Positions 39,301 to 50,440 of a stretch of DNA of 64,000 bases are shown piece by piece. The DNA is from Thalia democratica (lineage: Eukaryota). Under the pieces are notes generated by a model that searched no databases, was not told the origin of the DNA, and was given only the letters and a program-made list of their open reading frames with translations. Where the stretch lies: positions 58,280,001 through 58,344,000 of the forward strand of contig OZ241827.1 in assembly GCA_965202585.1 (NCBI GenBank), given 5' to 3'. Position 1 is the stretch's first letter. Each line of letters starts with the position of its first letter. The position numbers and the translations under genes were made by a program.

Positions 39301-42300
39301 TTAAAATACAAACTTTTAAATAATAACTTGAGAATTTATTTTCAGACTTGCTCTTCATGCAGTACAGCTAAATAGTTTATTTAAATTATCCAAACAGCTC
39401 CCGAGGCACCGACGAATCTTGTCATAACAACTGACTCGGTCGTTTACACGAACGCTCAGCTGTCATGGTCAGCACCAGTTAACGGTAGCGTTGACAGTTA
39501 CCTGGTCAGTACAAGGCCCGAGGTTGAAGTTTCTGTAGGTAAGTGTATGATGTGTGAGTCACTTAAAAAAACTAGTAAGGAATTTTCGATTCATTTAACT
39601 TTTCCTAAAAACTTTTATTATAAAGTATTATTTTATAGTTCAAAAATTTTTATATAGTGTTTTTTTACTTCAAGAGTTTTGTTTTTTTTCAAGTATATTG
39701 AATCAATGAAATCAATTTCAACTACCTTATAAGAAAATTTATTCAAATATTTTTTCAGACAACAACTCGAGAACAGCAAGTATCGTTGGTCTTGTGCCAG
39801 GCCGAACTTACTCCTTCACCGTTACTTCTTTTTTCCAAGGAATTGAAAGCGCGGGCGCAGTACTAACACGTGAGATTTTTTTTAAAGTAAAATCTAAGCT
39901 TATCCAAAATATTAAAACACACAAAGTTATTTACAACGTAAAACACTAATTGATTCGTATATTGACTTTCTCAAACTGCAAAAAACGTACTACTTATACG
40001 AAAACGTGCTTAAATAAACAAAAACAACGAGTTGTTAATCGGTTGGATAATTTTAACCTACAACTGTAAATACACATTTAACAGATGTACTTCCAGTTAC
40101 ACCCACTCCTGTTACAACTACTCCGGAAACAACAACAGATGGTAAGTTTTGGCAAGTAAGAATAACAAAACAGAGTCTTTAGAGAAATCGAAGAAAAAAT
40201 GTACAATTTATACTTTAAATAAATGAATTAAGCAATTGTTTGAACTTAGTTTAAAAACATTGTTCTAGAAAAAAAAAATTTAATGTTGGGGTTCTTTTGT
40301 GATGAATAAGACAATTTGAAAAATTAAAAGTAAAAACAGTTGCACAAAAAACAAACTAATATCTTTCAATTTCACAATATAAAAGTCAACAACTTAAACT
40401 AATGTTCAGTTATACATTAGTATTCAAACTTTATATAATAGACATAAAAAAAAAACAATTATGAGTTTAATTTTAAGTTTAAAAATTAATCATAAAGAAT
40501 TAAAAATGAACTTAAAAACAAGTGTAGTGATAATTAACGCCTTCAAAAAACTTTACACCTCATAATGACAATAGGACCTATTATAATCACAACAACTGAG
40601 GATCCTTTGGTTACCACGACAACTGAAGAACCTGTTGTTACTACGACAACTGAAGAGCCTATTGTTACTACGACTACTGAAGAACCTGTTGTTACTACGA
40701 CAACTGAAGAGCCTGTTGTTACCACGACAACTGAAGAACCTGTTGTTACTACTACAACTGAAGAACCTGTTGTTACAACGACAACTGAAGAACCTGTTGT
40801 TACTACGACAACTGAAGAACCTGTCGTTACTACGACAACTGAAGAGCCTGTTGTTACTACGACAACTGAAGAGCCTGTTGTTACTACGACTACTGAAGAG
40901 CCTGTTGTTACTACGACAACTGAAGAGCCTGTTGTTACTACGACAACTGAAGAGCCTGTTGTTACAACGACAACTGAAGAGCCTGTTGTTACCACAACAA
41001 CTGAAGAACCTATTGTTACTACGACAACTGAAGAACCTGTTGTTACTACGACAACTGAAGAACCTGTTGTTACTACGACAACTGAAGAACCTGTTGTTAC
41101 TACTACAACTGAAGAACCTGTTGTTACAACGACAACTGAAGAACCTGTTGTTACTACGACAACTGAAGAGCCTGTTGTTACTACGACAACTGAAGAACCT
41201 GTTGTTACTACTAACACTGAAGAACCTGTTGTTACAACGACAACTGAAGAACCTGTTGTTACTACGACAACTGAAGAGCCTGTTGTTATAACGACAACTG
41301 AAGAACCTGTTGTTACTACTACAACTGAAGAACCTGTTGTTACAACGACAACTGAAGAACCTATTATTACTACAACAACTGAAGAACCTGTTGTAACTAC
41401 TACAACTGAAGAACCTGTTGCTACTACAACAACTGAAGAGCCTGTTGTTACTACGACAACTGAAGAACCTGTTGTTACCACAACAACTGAAGAGCCTGTC
41501 GTTACTACGACTACTGAAGAGCCTGTTGTTACAACGACAACTGAAGAACCTGTTGTTACTACGACTACTGAAGAACCTGTTGTTACTACGACTACTGAAG
41601 AGCCTGTTGTTACAACGACAACTGAAGAACCTGTTGTTACTACGACTACTGAAGAACCTGTTGTTACTACGACTACTGAAGAACCTGTTGTTACTACGAC
41701 AACTGAAGAGCCTGTTGTTACCACGACAACTGAAGAACCTGCGGTTACCACGACAACTGAAGGTACTGGTTAAGACTAAGGATGCACTTGCGGCTGCATG
41801 AAGAAGTATTGGCACACTTACTACAAAAGCTTGGTATCAAAATTAATAAAATCTAACAAAGGATTATTACAGATTGTTTGTTTTAACCACTAACAAAAGT
41901 TTTGTGTTCGCACTGATAAGCATGAATTTTTAGATGGCTAGTTTTAACTTTGTTTAACTTTGCCAGCTTAAAGTTGTGTTTTTACTAAAAAGTAGTTGTT
42001 AGATTTTTTTTGTTAACATAGATTAGTTTTACAGGTTTACTTCGTTGAAAGAGCGCTAGTGTATAGTAAGCTTTGACAAACATAAAACAACATTGATTAC
42101 ACTAACACTACAATCAGTCTTAACATATTTTCTAAAATTATTTGCTTTTTATACTCGTGACCAACCAAATGTTTGTTACAACTTAATGTATGTTTGTGTT
42201 CATGTGCATATCAAATTTGTTGTAAACACTTGCTTTTAAATGCATCCATGAATTGTGAAAAATAAGTATCTATGACGTTTAAGTTTTACTATCTACTTTT

Positions 42301-45114
42301 CAATCTTTTTTAATGATTTAGTAAAAAAAATTATATTAAATTTTAAATAAATTATCTAAAACAAAAACTCCAAACAGTCTACATATTAAGTTTGTTCATG
42401 TTCTTGAAACAATGCATGTTTTTATAAAATTTTGCTTAAATGAAAAATTTTTGTTTCCATAAAAAATAATAATACACAAATACTGCAACACTGAAAAGCT
42501 ACTTGAAACTAACAACAAAACAAAACAAACAAAGCTAAATTTTAAAATAGTGAATTTTTTTTTTAATATATATAATAATTAATATATATATAATATTTTT
42601 AAAGATATTCTTCTGTGAATTTTAACAACGTTGATTAAATTGTTTGCCAAAATCAAAAAATTAAGTGTAATTGCAAGTCTGTCTGTGTTATGTTCTACTT
42701 GTACTATTTTAATAAAGTTTACACTTTTTTTTCTGTGCACACCTAACCTTACAAAAACATCTTAGTAACTCCGGCTCCAGTCGTCTGCTCAGGATTTGAA
42801 GTTGCCCTCAACGGAACGTGTGTCGGTAAGTTTCACTTTTAACTATTTTTCTTAAACTTAAAACAATCACTGTCAACTTTGATGCTTGCAGAAACAAGCC
42901 GGTTCGAACTCACCATTACTTTCGATTCGACTTTCGACGAATCTCTCACAAACAGCAGTTCGAGCGGATACCTCGATTTCCTCGCCCGCTACAATCAGCT
43001 GGTAATAAACTAGAAAAAATATAACCTAGATATATATTAAAATCATTAACGTTTTTATTGCTGTAAAACATAAAGTCTAATCGACAGCTTTAATTTGTGT
43101 GTACAAGCAAACTAAACTTCACTGTGCAGTCTATTGAACAAAAGTAGAAAAAAACTTTTGAATAAAACATATAAATTATACTATTATTCGGACTGTCACT
43201 CTAACTTCCTTACTATACGACAAAAACTAAAAACAGGTGAAACAAATACTCGACACGCTCAACCTCAGCTACGTCAGCATCGACTCCGTGACTCTGTCGA
43301 GCGGAAGCGTCATAGCAACGTCTGACGTCATGGTCGTCAACGACGATTCGTTCACCACCACCGATGACGTCATAAGAAATATCAACGAGACGTTCGTCAA
43401 CGACCCGGCTACTTCCGGTTTGGCAGCCAGCATCAACGCGGTCGCTGTTGGCGTCATGGGTTTGTAACTATATATCGTCTATTAGAACTTGTGGTTCTTA
43501 ATAATTTATTTTCTAGTTCTGTTTTGCTTTCGTAAGCGTTAACCTAAACCGATAGAGCTGTTTATATAAACAACTAAACTAAATACATTCAAAACTTATA
43601 ATGAATAAAATTAATATTCGAAATCTATTCAGTTTCAAAAAATAAGATTTTTTACTGTTCGCTACTAAATCTAAAACGTTTCCAGCAATTGACGAGTGTT
43701 CAAGCTCTGATGCCAGATCTACGTGCAACTCAACTTTCGCCCAATGTTCCAACACAGACACCTTCCCTAATTTCGCTTGCAGCTGTAAGGATGGGTACAC
43801 AGACCTTGATACCACCAACCCCGGTACAAAGTTGGTAAAGTTTTTGCTTTTTATTGCTATTTTTTTACCTATTGTTTAAGACTGCTAAGTTAAGACCTGT
43901 TAAGTTTGGTATAAAGTAAAATCTGTAATACTATTACTTTTTTGATCAATACTACTTTTTATAGATTATTTTTATTTATTTTGTACTTGTTTAGAAAGTT
44001 ATAATAAGAGGTTGAAACGTAAGCAAAGTCTTTATTAGATATAAAGTTATAAGATAAAATATTAAAGTGCTTTATTTTCTAAGCAAAAATATTTTGTGAG
44101 TTCAAAAACTATTTTAGAATGCACATTTAAAACAAAACTTATTATTCAGCTGTGAGCTGACGCCCGTTGCAACAACATCAGAACCAGTAGAAACAACATC
44201 AGAACCAGTTGTAACAACCACTGCACCAGAAGCGACACCTTTTATCACTACAACTACTCCACTGAGATGTCCTGATGGGTTCCGTGACAGAGACCCAGAA
44301 AATCCCGGAACAGAGTAACTTACATTATTTTTTGCGTTAAAGTTATTAAATTTTTGTTCTATCATGGCGTATATACTTATGACATTGTTTGTTTTGATAA
44401 GAATTTTTAAATATAATTAAGTGCCTTTTTAATTCTAAACAATTGAAGTAAGTTAAAGGCATTTTGAGTAGTATTTTTCCACTTGTAACCAGTGTATATA
44501 ACTAGCTTTGTATACGCGAACAACTCTAAAACTTTGCCATGCACTTTATTTACTACGAGCACTAAACATAAACGCTTATGAATCAAACTGTCAAACAACT
44601 TTCAGCTGCGAGGATCAGTGCTTGTTGGACGGAGCTGACTACTGTCAGAACGGAGCGACTTGCACGAGGAGGCCCGCCGAAGAGAACCCGGTGTGCGTGT
44701 GCGGTACTTGGTACACTGGCGACCGTTGCCAGTCACTCAGTGAGTTCAATTGGACTTTGATAACTTTTAAATTAATTAGAAAAATCCTAAAGTATTTAAA
44801 AGAGTAAGTCATTGAATTTAAAAACTGTTATAAGCAAAAAGAATCAGGCACACTTGTGACCGCTGAAAGCTATTTTATTGAGTGTTTTTGAACATAATAT
44901 TTAGAACGTGTTTTATATAAAATAACTTGTTCCAAAAAACATAAAATCTTTAACTAGTTTGGAAATAAAATAAGTTTGTGAAAAAACACTTGTGAACTAA
45001 CTAAACGTATATTTAGTAAGTACAGCCGCCCTATGGACATTTGGAGTCAGAGGTCAGAATTTTTTTGTGTGAAATCATCATTCACACATTATAGATAAAT
45101 TCATTAAGTTTATC

Positions 45115-45150
<36 letters not shown>

Positions 45151-48100
45151 GTATACATCTATATATCACATTTTGTCATTAGTTCGAGCATTTGAGTTTA
45201 GGGACTTCACCTAGCCTACAAATATTCATATAGTATAAACGTATTAAAAGTAAAGTAACTAAAAAAAAATAATTTCGTTTACGTTTTAAAAGCTTAAATG
45301 CATATGCTGCTAAAAATTATTTTTGAAATGATGTAAAACTAGATAGTTAATCTAAAATATGTTTGAAATTGAATAAATTTCAACAAATTTACTTTAAACT
45401 TTATAAGAATAAATTTATCTTAAATATCTTCTGAGCTTTTTAATAACATAACGATCACAGTTCTTTTTTGGGTTTTTATTAACTAAAGAGTGCTTGTTTC
45501 ATTTTGTTACTAACCCACTAACATTTCTTTTATAAAATACTAAAAGCATTCTATAAAACCTTTTGATAATGTAAAAAAGTTAGCCGTTTAACATTTTTTC
45601 TTCTATTATTTTAAACTTAAAAAAAAGTGATAAGTGAGACGCTATAAAGCTGTAAACGCATATACTTGTTCTAAATCAATGTACATTTTGACTAATTAAA
45701 GGAACTGTGCACGTTTAAAACGATTGCTTCAGCTTAAAATCAATTATTGTGTTTTTGCTTTTAGAGTCTCGCTAATCATCTAAGCTTTTTAATGATGCGA
45801 GAAACTATTTTTTTAAACTTTTATTTACTATTTTCTGCATACTACTAAAACATTTTGTTCCTTTTTTAAATTTTACTGTTTTTGTTAACATTCATTTACT
45901 TACTAACAAATATTGTATTTAAGTGTTAGATTTTTTTGTGTGTTTTAAGTTTTTTAAAACATATATTTAGTTTTTGCTTTAAAAAAATAAATTAGAAAAT
46001 TTTTAAATCTTTGACCTCTTTTTGTTTGTTTTAACTTTTAAACACATATAATCAAATTTTTTTTGTCTTACACTTTCAATTTTTTTTATACTAAATGCAC
46101 GTTTTTTATAACTCTTTTTCTTACGACTAACAAAACTTTCAATTTTCTCGTTGACCCTACAGACCCCCTGCTGATCGGGCTGATATGTGGACTGGTGGTA
46201 GCTGTGGTTGTTATTCTCATGCTCACTGTTGCCGTCTGCACCAAGTAAACACAAAACTTCCAAAAATTCCGCCAAATTTGTAGTGGCATAGATGCTATAG
46301 TGCTTTGATTGAATTAAATTGCTCTACACTTTAGAAAGTCTTGTAGATTTAGTGCATGTTGTTTTGAGATTTTACTATTTACTTACAATTATTTTTTAAC
46401 ATTTAATTTGTTTAAAAATTATTCTAATAAAGTAATCATAGATCTACTTGCAATAATTATGATAATTACTTTCTTTACTGTTATATACTTTTTCATTTTA
46501 AATAAAATCGTACTGAAGAACCAAAAAACTAAACCAAAAGTTAACAAAAGGAATAAAGATAATTTTTACTAACAATCTTATTTCTAAGGTATTAAAAAAA
46601 TACAATTTTCGCGACAGACGACGGCTTATAAAAAATAAAGATATTTGTTTTAACCAAATACCAAAAACTACCAAATAGGTTTGTTTGAGTGTGTATTTTT
46701 CAAATTTGAACTTTGTCTTTAAAAATGCAAAGATTGTAGTTAAACCCATATTTTTGAATATATATAATTTGTGCAAACATTATTATTATTTTATGCATAG
46801 AAAAAAAAACTTTTATTGTAACAAAAAGTTTTAATGCAGTTTAGTAGCATGAATTAGTAATTGTCACAAAAAAAAAATTGAAAACTTAAGTTTGTTAAAA
46901 AAAACTAGTAGCTGTTTTTTCTTTAGTATTTTTCAAAGTTTTTAAACATTGTAGTATTTTTTATAGTTAAAAATAATTAATTGTTAAATCCACTTGTAGC
47001 AAATGGTTTTACATAATACAAATGATAAAAAATGTTTTAATTTTAAATTACAACATCTTTTAAGTCATAGTAACAGAAAATTCATACAAAACTTAAAATA
47101 TCTTCTATTTGACATTTTTTAACCTGAAATAGTTATAAAACCGTCTTTAACAACTTTATTTTTCATATTTCACCAGTATTAAAAAAGCAGTTTAGCATAG
47201 CATTAAAAAAAAAATTTAGTAGTTTTTATTTATTTTTACCTACTTATTTGTATCATATATTATATGTTGCATATACTATAGGTGTGTTGCATATACTGTA
47301 GATTTAAAAAAAATTCACAACAAGTCTAAATTAAATAATAAAAATATTTAGCAAGCTTTTAGACGTACAAAACTAAATTCCATCCCCACATCACTTTCTG
47401 TTTTTTTATTTAAAAGCAGCTAAACACGAAATAATTATTAATTATAGTAAAGTATCAATGGTTGTTTATTTTAACAAACTCTTATGATTCTTAGCTTTCA
47501 AAGTACAAAAAAAAATTCTTGTTGACTATTTCTGAAAGTTATTTTGTTGTAAAATTTTAGTAAGTTTAATTAAGCTTTGTATCAATTTTTTCATAGAAGA
47601 AAAATCTCAATAATTTTTAAACACAGTATTTTTTTCTCCACCAGACGGCGCGCTCGTAGCAGGAGTAGTTATTGGAATCCTGGCAGGAATTATCGTCATC
47701 GTGGCCATTATGGTGGTAGTGTGGGTTCGGGTTATTCGGACCGATTCCACCGCCTTCCTGCATGATGACACCACCAAACAGAGAGCTCAGCTTTACAGGT
47801 ATGTTTGTTATATATACATATTTTTTTTTGGATTGTTTCGATGACTTTGTATATGTTTTTATGGTGTTTTTTATCATCTTTTTAATTTTTATATTTTTTC
47901 AGTTTGTATACAAAATGTTTTATAAGTCTTATACTCAATTGTTAAGCAATATAAATCCTTTTGTTTGGCTGAAGAACTTTTGACCAATTTAAAGTGACAA
48001 AATCAAAAGTTGTCAAAAGCTTAAGAAATTTTAAGATAAACGGTAATAATTAGAATTATGTTTTACCATAAACTTAGCTTAAAATTTTAAAGTTATTTTT

Positions 48101-48261
48101 TGGAGTCAACTAAAAAATATTGATTGTAGGCAAAACCGTTAACTTAAATATAGAAAATTTAATTTAAACTCAAACAATTATTAGAAAAGTTTTTTTTTAG
48201 GCCAGCCGATATCAACGAATCAGGAAACGTCAAAACTGTTTCTCATCGTGACCTGGTGTGA
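9322..48261 (+). CDS. Giant EGF/NIDO/AMOP/VWD/FN3/PTS/SEA type I transmembrane mucin-like protein (77 exons with the TM-B1 ending, about 4,340 aa)
   Basis: Manually assembled chain of GT-AG exons with continuous phases. The summed length (13,026 nt) is divisible by 3. Starts with a signal-peptide exon and ends in a TM exon plus a stop. Domain evidence is listed in the sub-features. Confidence 0.88.
12537..16760 (+). CDS. Mucin N-terminal EGF block, mostly calcium-binding type. Exons 12537-12686, 13219-13381, 13759-14076, 15592-15830, 16145-16417, 16477-16590, 16647-16760
   Basis: Repeated D(I/L/V)(D/N)EC...C...CxNTxGSYxCxC motifs. Confidence 0.92.
16838..18267 (+). CDS. Mucin exon 10: 1.43-kb proline/acidic repeat domain (eight 42-43-aa units [43 protein letters not shown] plus degenerate flanks)
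   Basis: Acceptor TTAATAG at 16837 (phase 1). Continuous ORF to a phase-0 donor that matches the phase-0 exon at 18439-18484. Confidence 0.85.
18601..24703 (+). repeat. Tandemly amplified three-exon (A-B-C) non-calcium EGF cassette. A at 18601, 19647, 20848, 21763, 22887, 24247; B at 19006, 19836, 21034, 21950, 23169; C at 19248, 20291, 21435, 22342, 23643
   Basis: All exons are phase 1-1 and 114-132 nt long. The central copies are nearly identical (VDGCVA.GLECR.DQIC / [15 protein letters not shown] / [13 protein letters not shown]), and parts of their introns are too. Confidence 0.9.
24966..27414 (+). CDS. Mucin second EGF block. Exons 24966-25097, 25305-25424, 26103-26281, 26472-26682, 26941-27068, 27267-27414
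   Basis: DIDEC/DINEC EGF-Ca motifs and classical EGF cysteine spacing, in frame across GT-AG junctions. Confidence 0.9.
27656..29586 (+). CDS. NIDO domain. Exons 27656-27788, 28515-28744, 29067-29221, 29388-29586
   Basis: Motifs [35 protein letters not shown] and [19 protein letters not shown]. Confidence 0.85.
29717..30994 (+). CDS. AMOP domain. Exons 29717-29844, 30131-30245, 30388-30564, 30875-30994
   Basis: [10 protein letters not shown]...ACPPT...D..F, CF...TCCYD..GSLL and DCC..S....WC..YQQKRP, placed between NIDO and VWD as in MUC4-type proteins. Confidence 0.85.
31146..32930 (+). CDS. VWD domain. Exons 31146-31255, 31429-31639, 31699-31884, 32021-32200, 32452-32621, 32816-32930
   Basis: [59 protein letters not shown] and FAESWRV...SLFTY. 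Confidence 0.8.
33388..34026 (+). CDS. Cadherin-like/Ig-like domain followed by the start of an EGF. Exons 33388-33549, 33848-34026
   Basis: NTAPSF...[14 protein letters not shown]...GLFSWTP...FYAAD, then [10 protein letters not shown]. Confidence 0.7.
34268..38051 (+). CDS. Third EGF block (10 exons, 34268-38051)
   Basis: [11 protein letters not shown]...[12 protein letters not shown] followed by repeated DVNEC/DINEC/DIDEC/DVDEC EGF-Ca units. Confidence 0.9.
38160..39869 (+). CDS. Three fibronectin type III repeats (7 exons, 38160-39869)
   Basis: VTITWS...[13 protein letters not shown]; SITVSW...[16 protein letters not shown]; [16 protein letters not shown]...[15 protein letters not shown]. 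Confidence 0.85.
40575..41762 (+). repeat. Mucin PTS exon: about 44 tandem 27-bp units encoding EEPVVTTTT
   Basis: ORF 40565-41773. Acceptor ACAATAG at 40574 (phase 1). Donor at 41763, or 6 nt later at 41769. Confidence 0.93.
42892..43459 (+). CDS. SEA domain with intact G|SVI motif. Exons 42892-43011, 43237-43459
   Basis: [27 protein letters not shown]...[23 protein letters not shown] is at 43303-43314. Confidence 0.85.
43686..44739 (+). CDS. Juxtamembrane EGF region with a mini-PTS insert. Exons 43686-43830, 44150-44314, 44606-44739
   Basis: AIDECSS...CSCKDGY..NPGTNC; [17 protein letters not shown]; YCQNGATC...[13 protein letters not shown]. The last exon ends in phase 1. Confidence 0.88.
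45117..45150. repeat. (ACAT)n(AT)n microsatellite in a mucin intron
   Basis: Directly visible. Confidence 0.9.
46163..46678 (+). CDS. Anchor cassette TM-A: TM exon 46163-46244 ([28 protein letters not shown]) plus candidate tail exon 46618-46678 ([19 protein letters not shown])
   Basis: Phase-1 acceptor CCCTACAG before a hydrophobic helix; phase-2 donor GTAAAC overlapping an in-frame TAA. The tail exon has TACTAAC about 45 nt upstream of GCGACAG and gives a KRR stop-transfer. The tail exon is less certain than the TM exon. Confidence 0.7.
47645..48261 (+). CDS. Anchor cassette TM-B1: TM exon 47645-47798 ([51 protein letters not shown]) plus terminal exon 48201-48261 ([20 protein letters not shown])
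   Basis: Phase-1 acceptor after a long pyrimidine tract, GTATGT donor, in-frame phase-2 terminal exon, and AATAAA at 48316-48321. Confidence 0.85.
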
Positions 48262-49433
48262 ACGAGCTTTTGAATTTACAACAATTCCCACTAATTCTGT
48301 ATATATCTAAATTTCAATAAAATTGCACACTTATTCACGACTCATTTTTTTATAAGTAAAGTGTTAGTACATTTTTAAAATGAGCTAACCTATACGAAAA
48401 AAAGGAAAAAACTAAAATTAACTTTTCTATAATTAAAAAAAAATTTGTCTTTCCTAAAACTTTAAATACTTATAAAAAATAAACATTTTCTTGTTTTACT
48501 AAGTTTTGTAACTGTATAGTACTATACTTCTAAGATTCTAACATTTATGTTTTCAAAAGTATAAAAAAAAACTTCTGACAACCTGCAACTTACTTAATTT
48601 GTTAAAAGAAACAACTCCCTTGGTAAAAAGTGATGTTTTTGAATTTTGTTTGAAACAAAAACTTGATTTCGTATAGCTAAAATAGCTCAGTTAGGAAGTT
48701 TATAAACTATTGCTTTGATTCTTCTGAAAGTAGAACATTTTAAGCAAAGTATTTTTGATTTAAAAAATACTAAAGTTTTTCAATAAAGAAAAATATAGCA
48801 AATTATTATGTTTGCACTAAGGCGTAAGTAAAATTTTACTTTGAGCCCATTTAAAAATGTTCATTTAATAACCTATAGATCAGGGTTTCCCAAAGTGGGC
48901 GATATCGCCCCCCTGGGGGCGATTTTAGTAAGTCGGGGGGCGATAATTAGTAAGGGGGCGAAAGGGTGGGCGATAACTAGTAAGGGGGCGATTTTAAAAT
49001 TTTGGGCAGTTATAAAATTTTTACTTTTTATCTTGCTTTTTTACTAGTTTTAGCTTGCTATTAAATATTTGACTCTGAGGTAAAACTTAAACAAAAAAGT
49101 TTATTTTGTTTATGTAAAATGTAGAAAAAAAACCGATTGCTTATGATTCCTACTTTCAAGTAAATTACATATTTTCATTCACGCCGTTAGTTGAAATAAA
49201 GTTTTAGCACAAGAACATCTGTGGTATTTTCATTCAGATATTTTTTTACTCAAAAATTACATAAATCATAGACGATCGGAATCCATCTCGACATTTTTTA
49301 ACCTGAGATATATGTTATTTGTTATCATAAATGGTTTATAAAAATCTATGGTGTCTATTATTAAGTATCACCTCATGATATTTCCAATTTTTTTTTGAAA
49401 ATTTACCAAGTTAGACTAAGAAATAAAACTATA

Positions 49434-49515
49434 CAGGGTTGCCAATTTACCTAGAAACCTGGAAAAACCTGGAGTTTGACAATTTAGGCAAAAAAAAACC
49501 TGGAAAAATCTGGAA
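49434..49515 (+). mobile_element. Solo end of another hAT-like element
   Basis: CAGGGTTGCCA terminus followed by AACCTGGAAAA subterminal repeats. I did not find a matching opposite end in the window. Confidence 0.5.
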
Positions 49516-49597
49516 TGTTTAACAATTTTGAATTATTAAAAAGTAAAATTTCGATTTGTCACAATAAAGCTATCATATAGATAAAAATATGAATCCC

Positions 49598-49944
49598 TTT
49601 GAGGCAGATCTTTTTAAAGTAAACGACTTACAGGAAACGTTCTCAGACTTACAAACTGACCTTGAACTTAAAGTAAATTTTTCCAAAGAACGATCTGAAA
49701 GCTTTTAGACTCAACAAAAACTAAGACAAAAGCTTCCAATCATTTAAGAGAAATTTAGATTGTTCTTTATAGCTTTTCCTTCTAGCTATGGTATTAAAAA
49801 AACTTTCAGTTCAGTTATTAACATTTTGAGCAAAAGATTTTATCTAGATATTTGTAAAGGAGGTGACTTAAAGCTTTATTTTACTGATTTAGAATCAGAT
49901 TAGAAAAACTTGCAAGAATTCATGAACCTCATCCTTCGCATTAT
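49598..49944 (+). pseudogene. Relic of the C-terminal dimerisation domain of a Buster/Charlie-type hAT transposase
   Basis: Translates to ...ESF*...EKFRLFFIAFPSSYGIKKTFSSVINILSKRFYLDICKGGDLKLYFTDLESD, then after a frameshift LEKLARIHEPHPSH. This matches the AFPxSY...FS...RGDLRL...HPSH end of this family. In-frame stops are present. Confidence 0.8.
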
Positions 49945-50121
49945 ATTTGAATTCAGTAGCAGACAGCATTTTATGAAAGTTTTTTTATTTTTTTGATCTT
50001 TTAAAATACTTCTTGTTTAACCTGGGTTTGTATTGTATTTAAGTAGTCTTTTTATATTAAAAATTCTTTTAAGTTATTTATTCTATAACAGGTTTGCATA
50101 ATGCCTAATTAATATTAATTA

Positions 50122-50440
50122 CGGTAGACTTTCTCTTGAGTTCGCATTTTTTACCTAAAAAAAGTGCAAATTTATATTTTCTTAAGTTTAAGATAAAAAA
50201 AAGTCTAACACTAACTAAGTATCAATAAAACAAAAAAGAATATAATATTTTACAGCTCATATAGATCTATTTTTTAAATGAATGTTTGTTTTATGTTTTA
50301 GTTGATTTCATGTTTATTCATAACATTATTGCATATAAAATATTGAAATTTGTCATTTTGTAAAAATAAATGATAATGCATTTTTGAGTTCGCCTTTTTT
50401 CGATTTTGTTCAAAGTGCGAACTTAAGCGGAAGTCTACTG
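50122..50440. mobile_element. Degenerate Tc1/mariner (pogo/Tigger-like) MITE, about 319 bp
   Basis: Imperfect TIRs of about 28 bp (CGGTAGACTTTTCTCTTGAGTTCGCATT versus the reverse complement CAGTAGACTTCCGCTTAAGTTCGCACTT). TA precedes the left end; the right TA is mutated. Confidence 0.65.

Noticed and set aside
40543-41815. Long minus-strand and alternative-frame ORFs ([18 protein letters not shown] and LLLRQLKN repeats)
   Set aside because: Produced by the 27-bp repeat. Only the EEPVVTTTT frame matches the splice phases.
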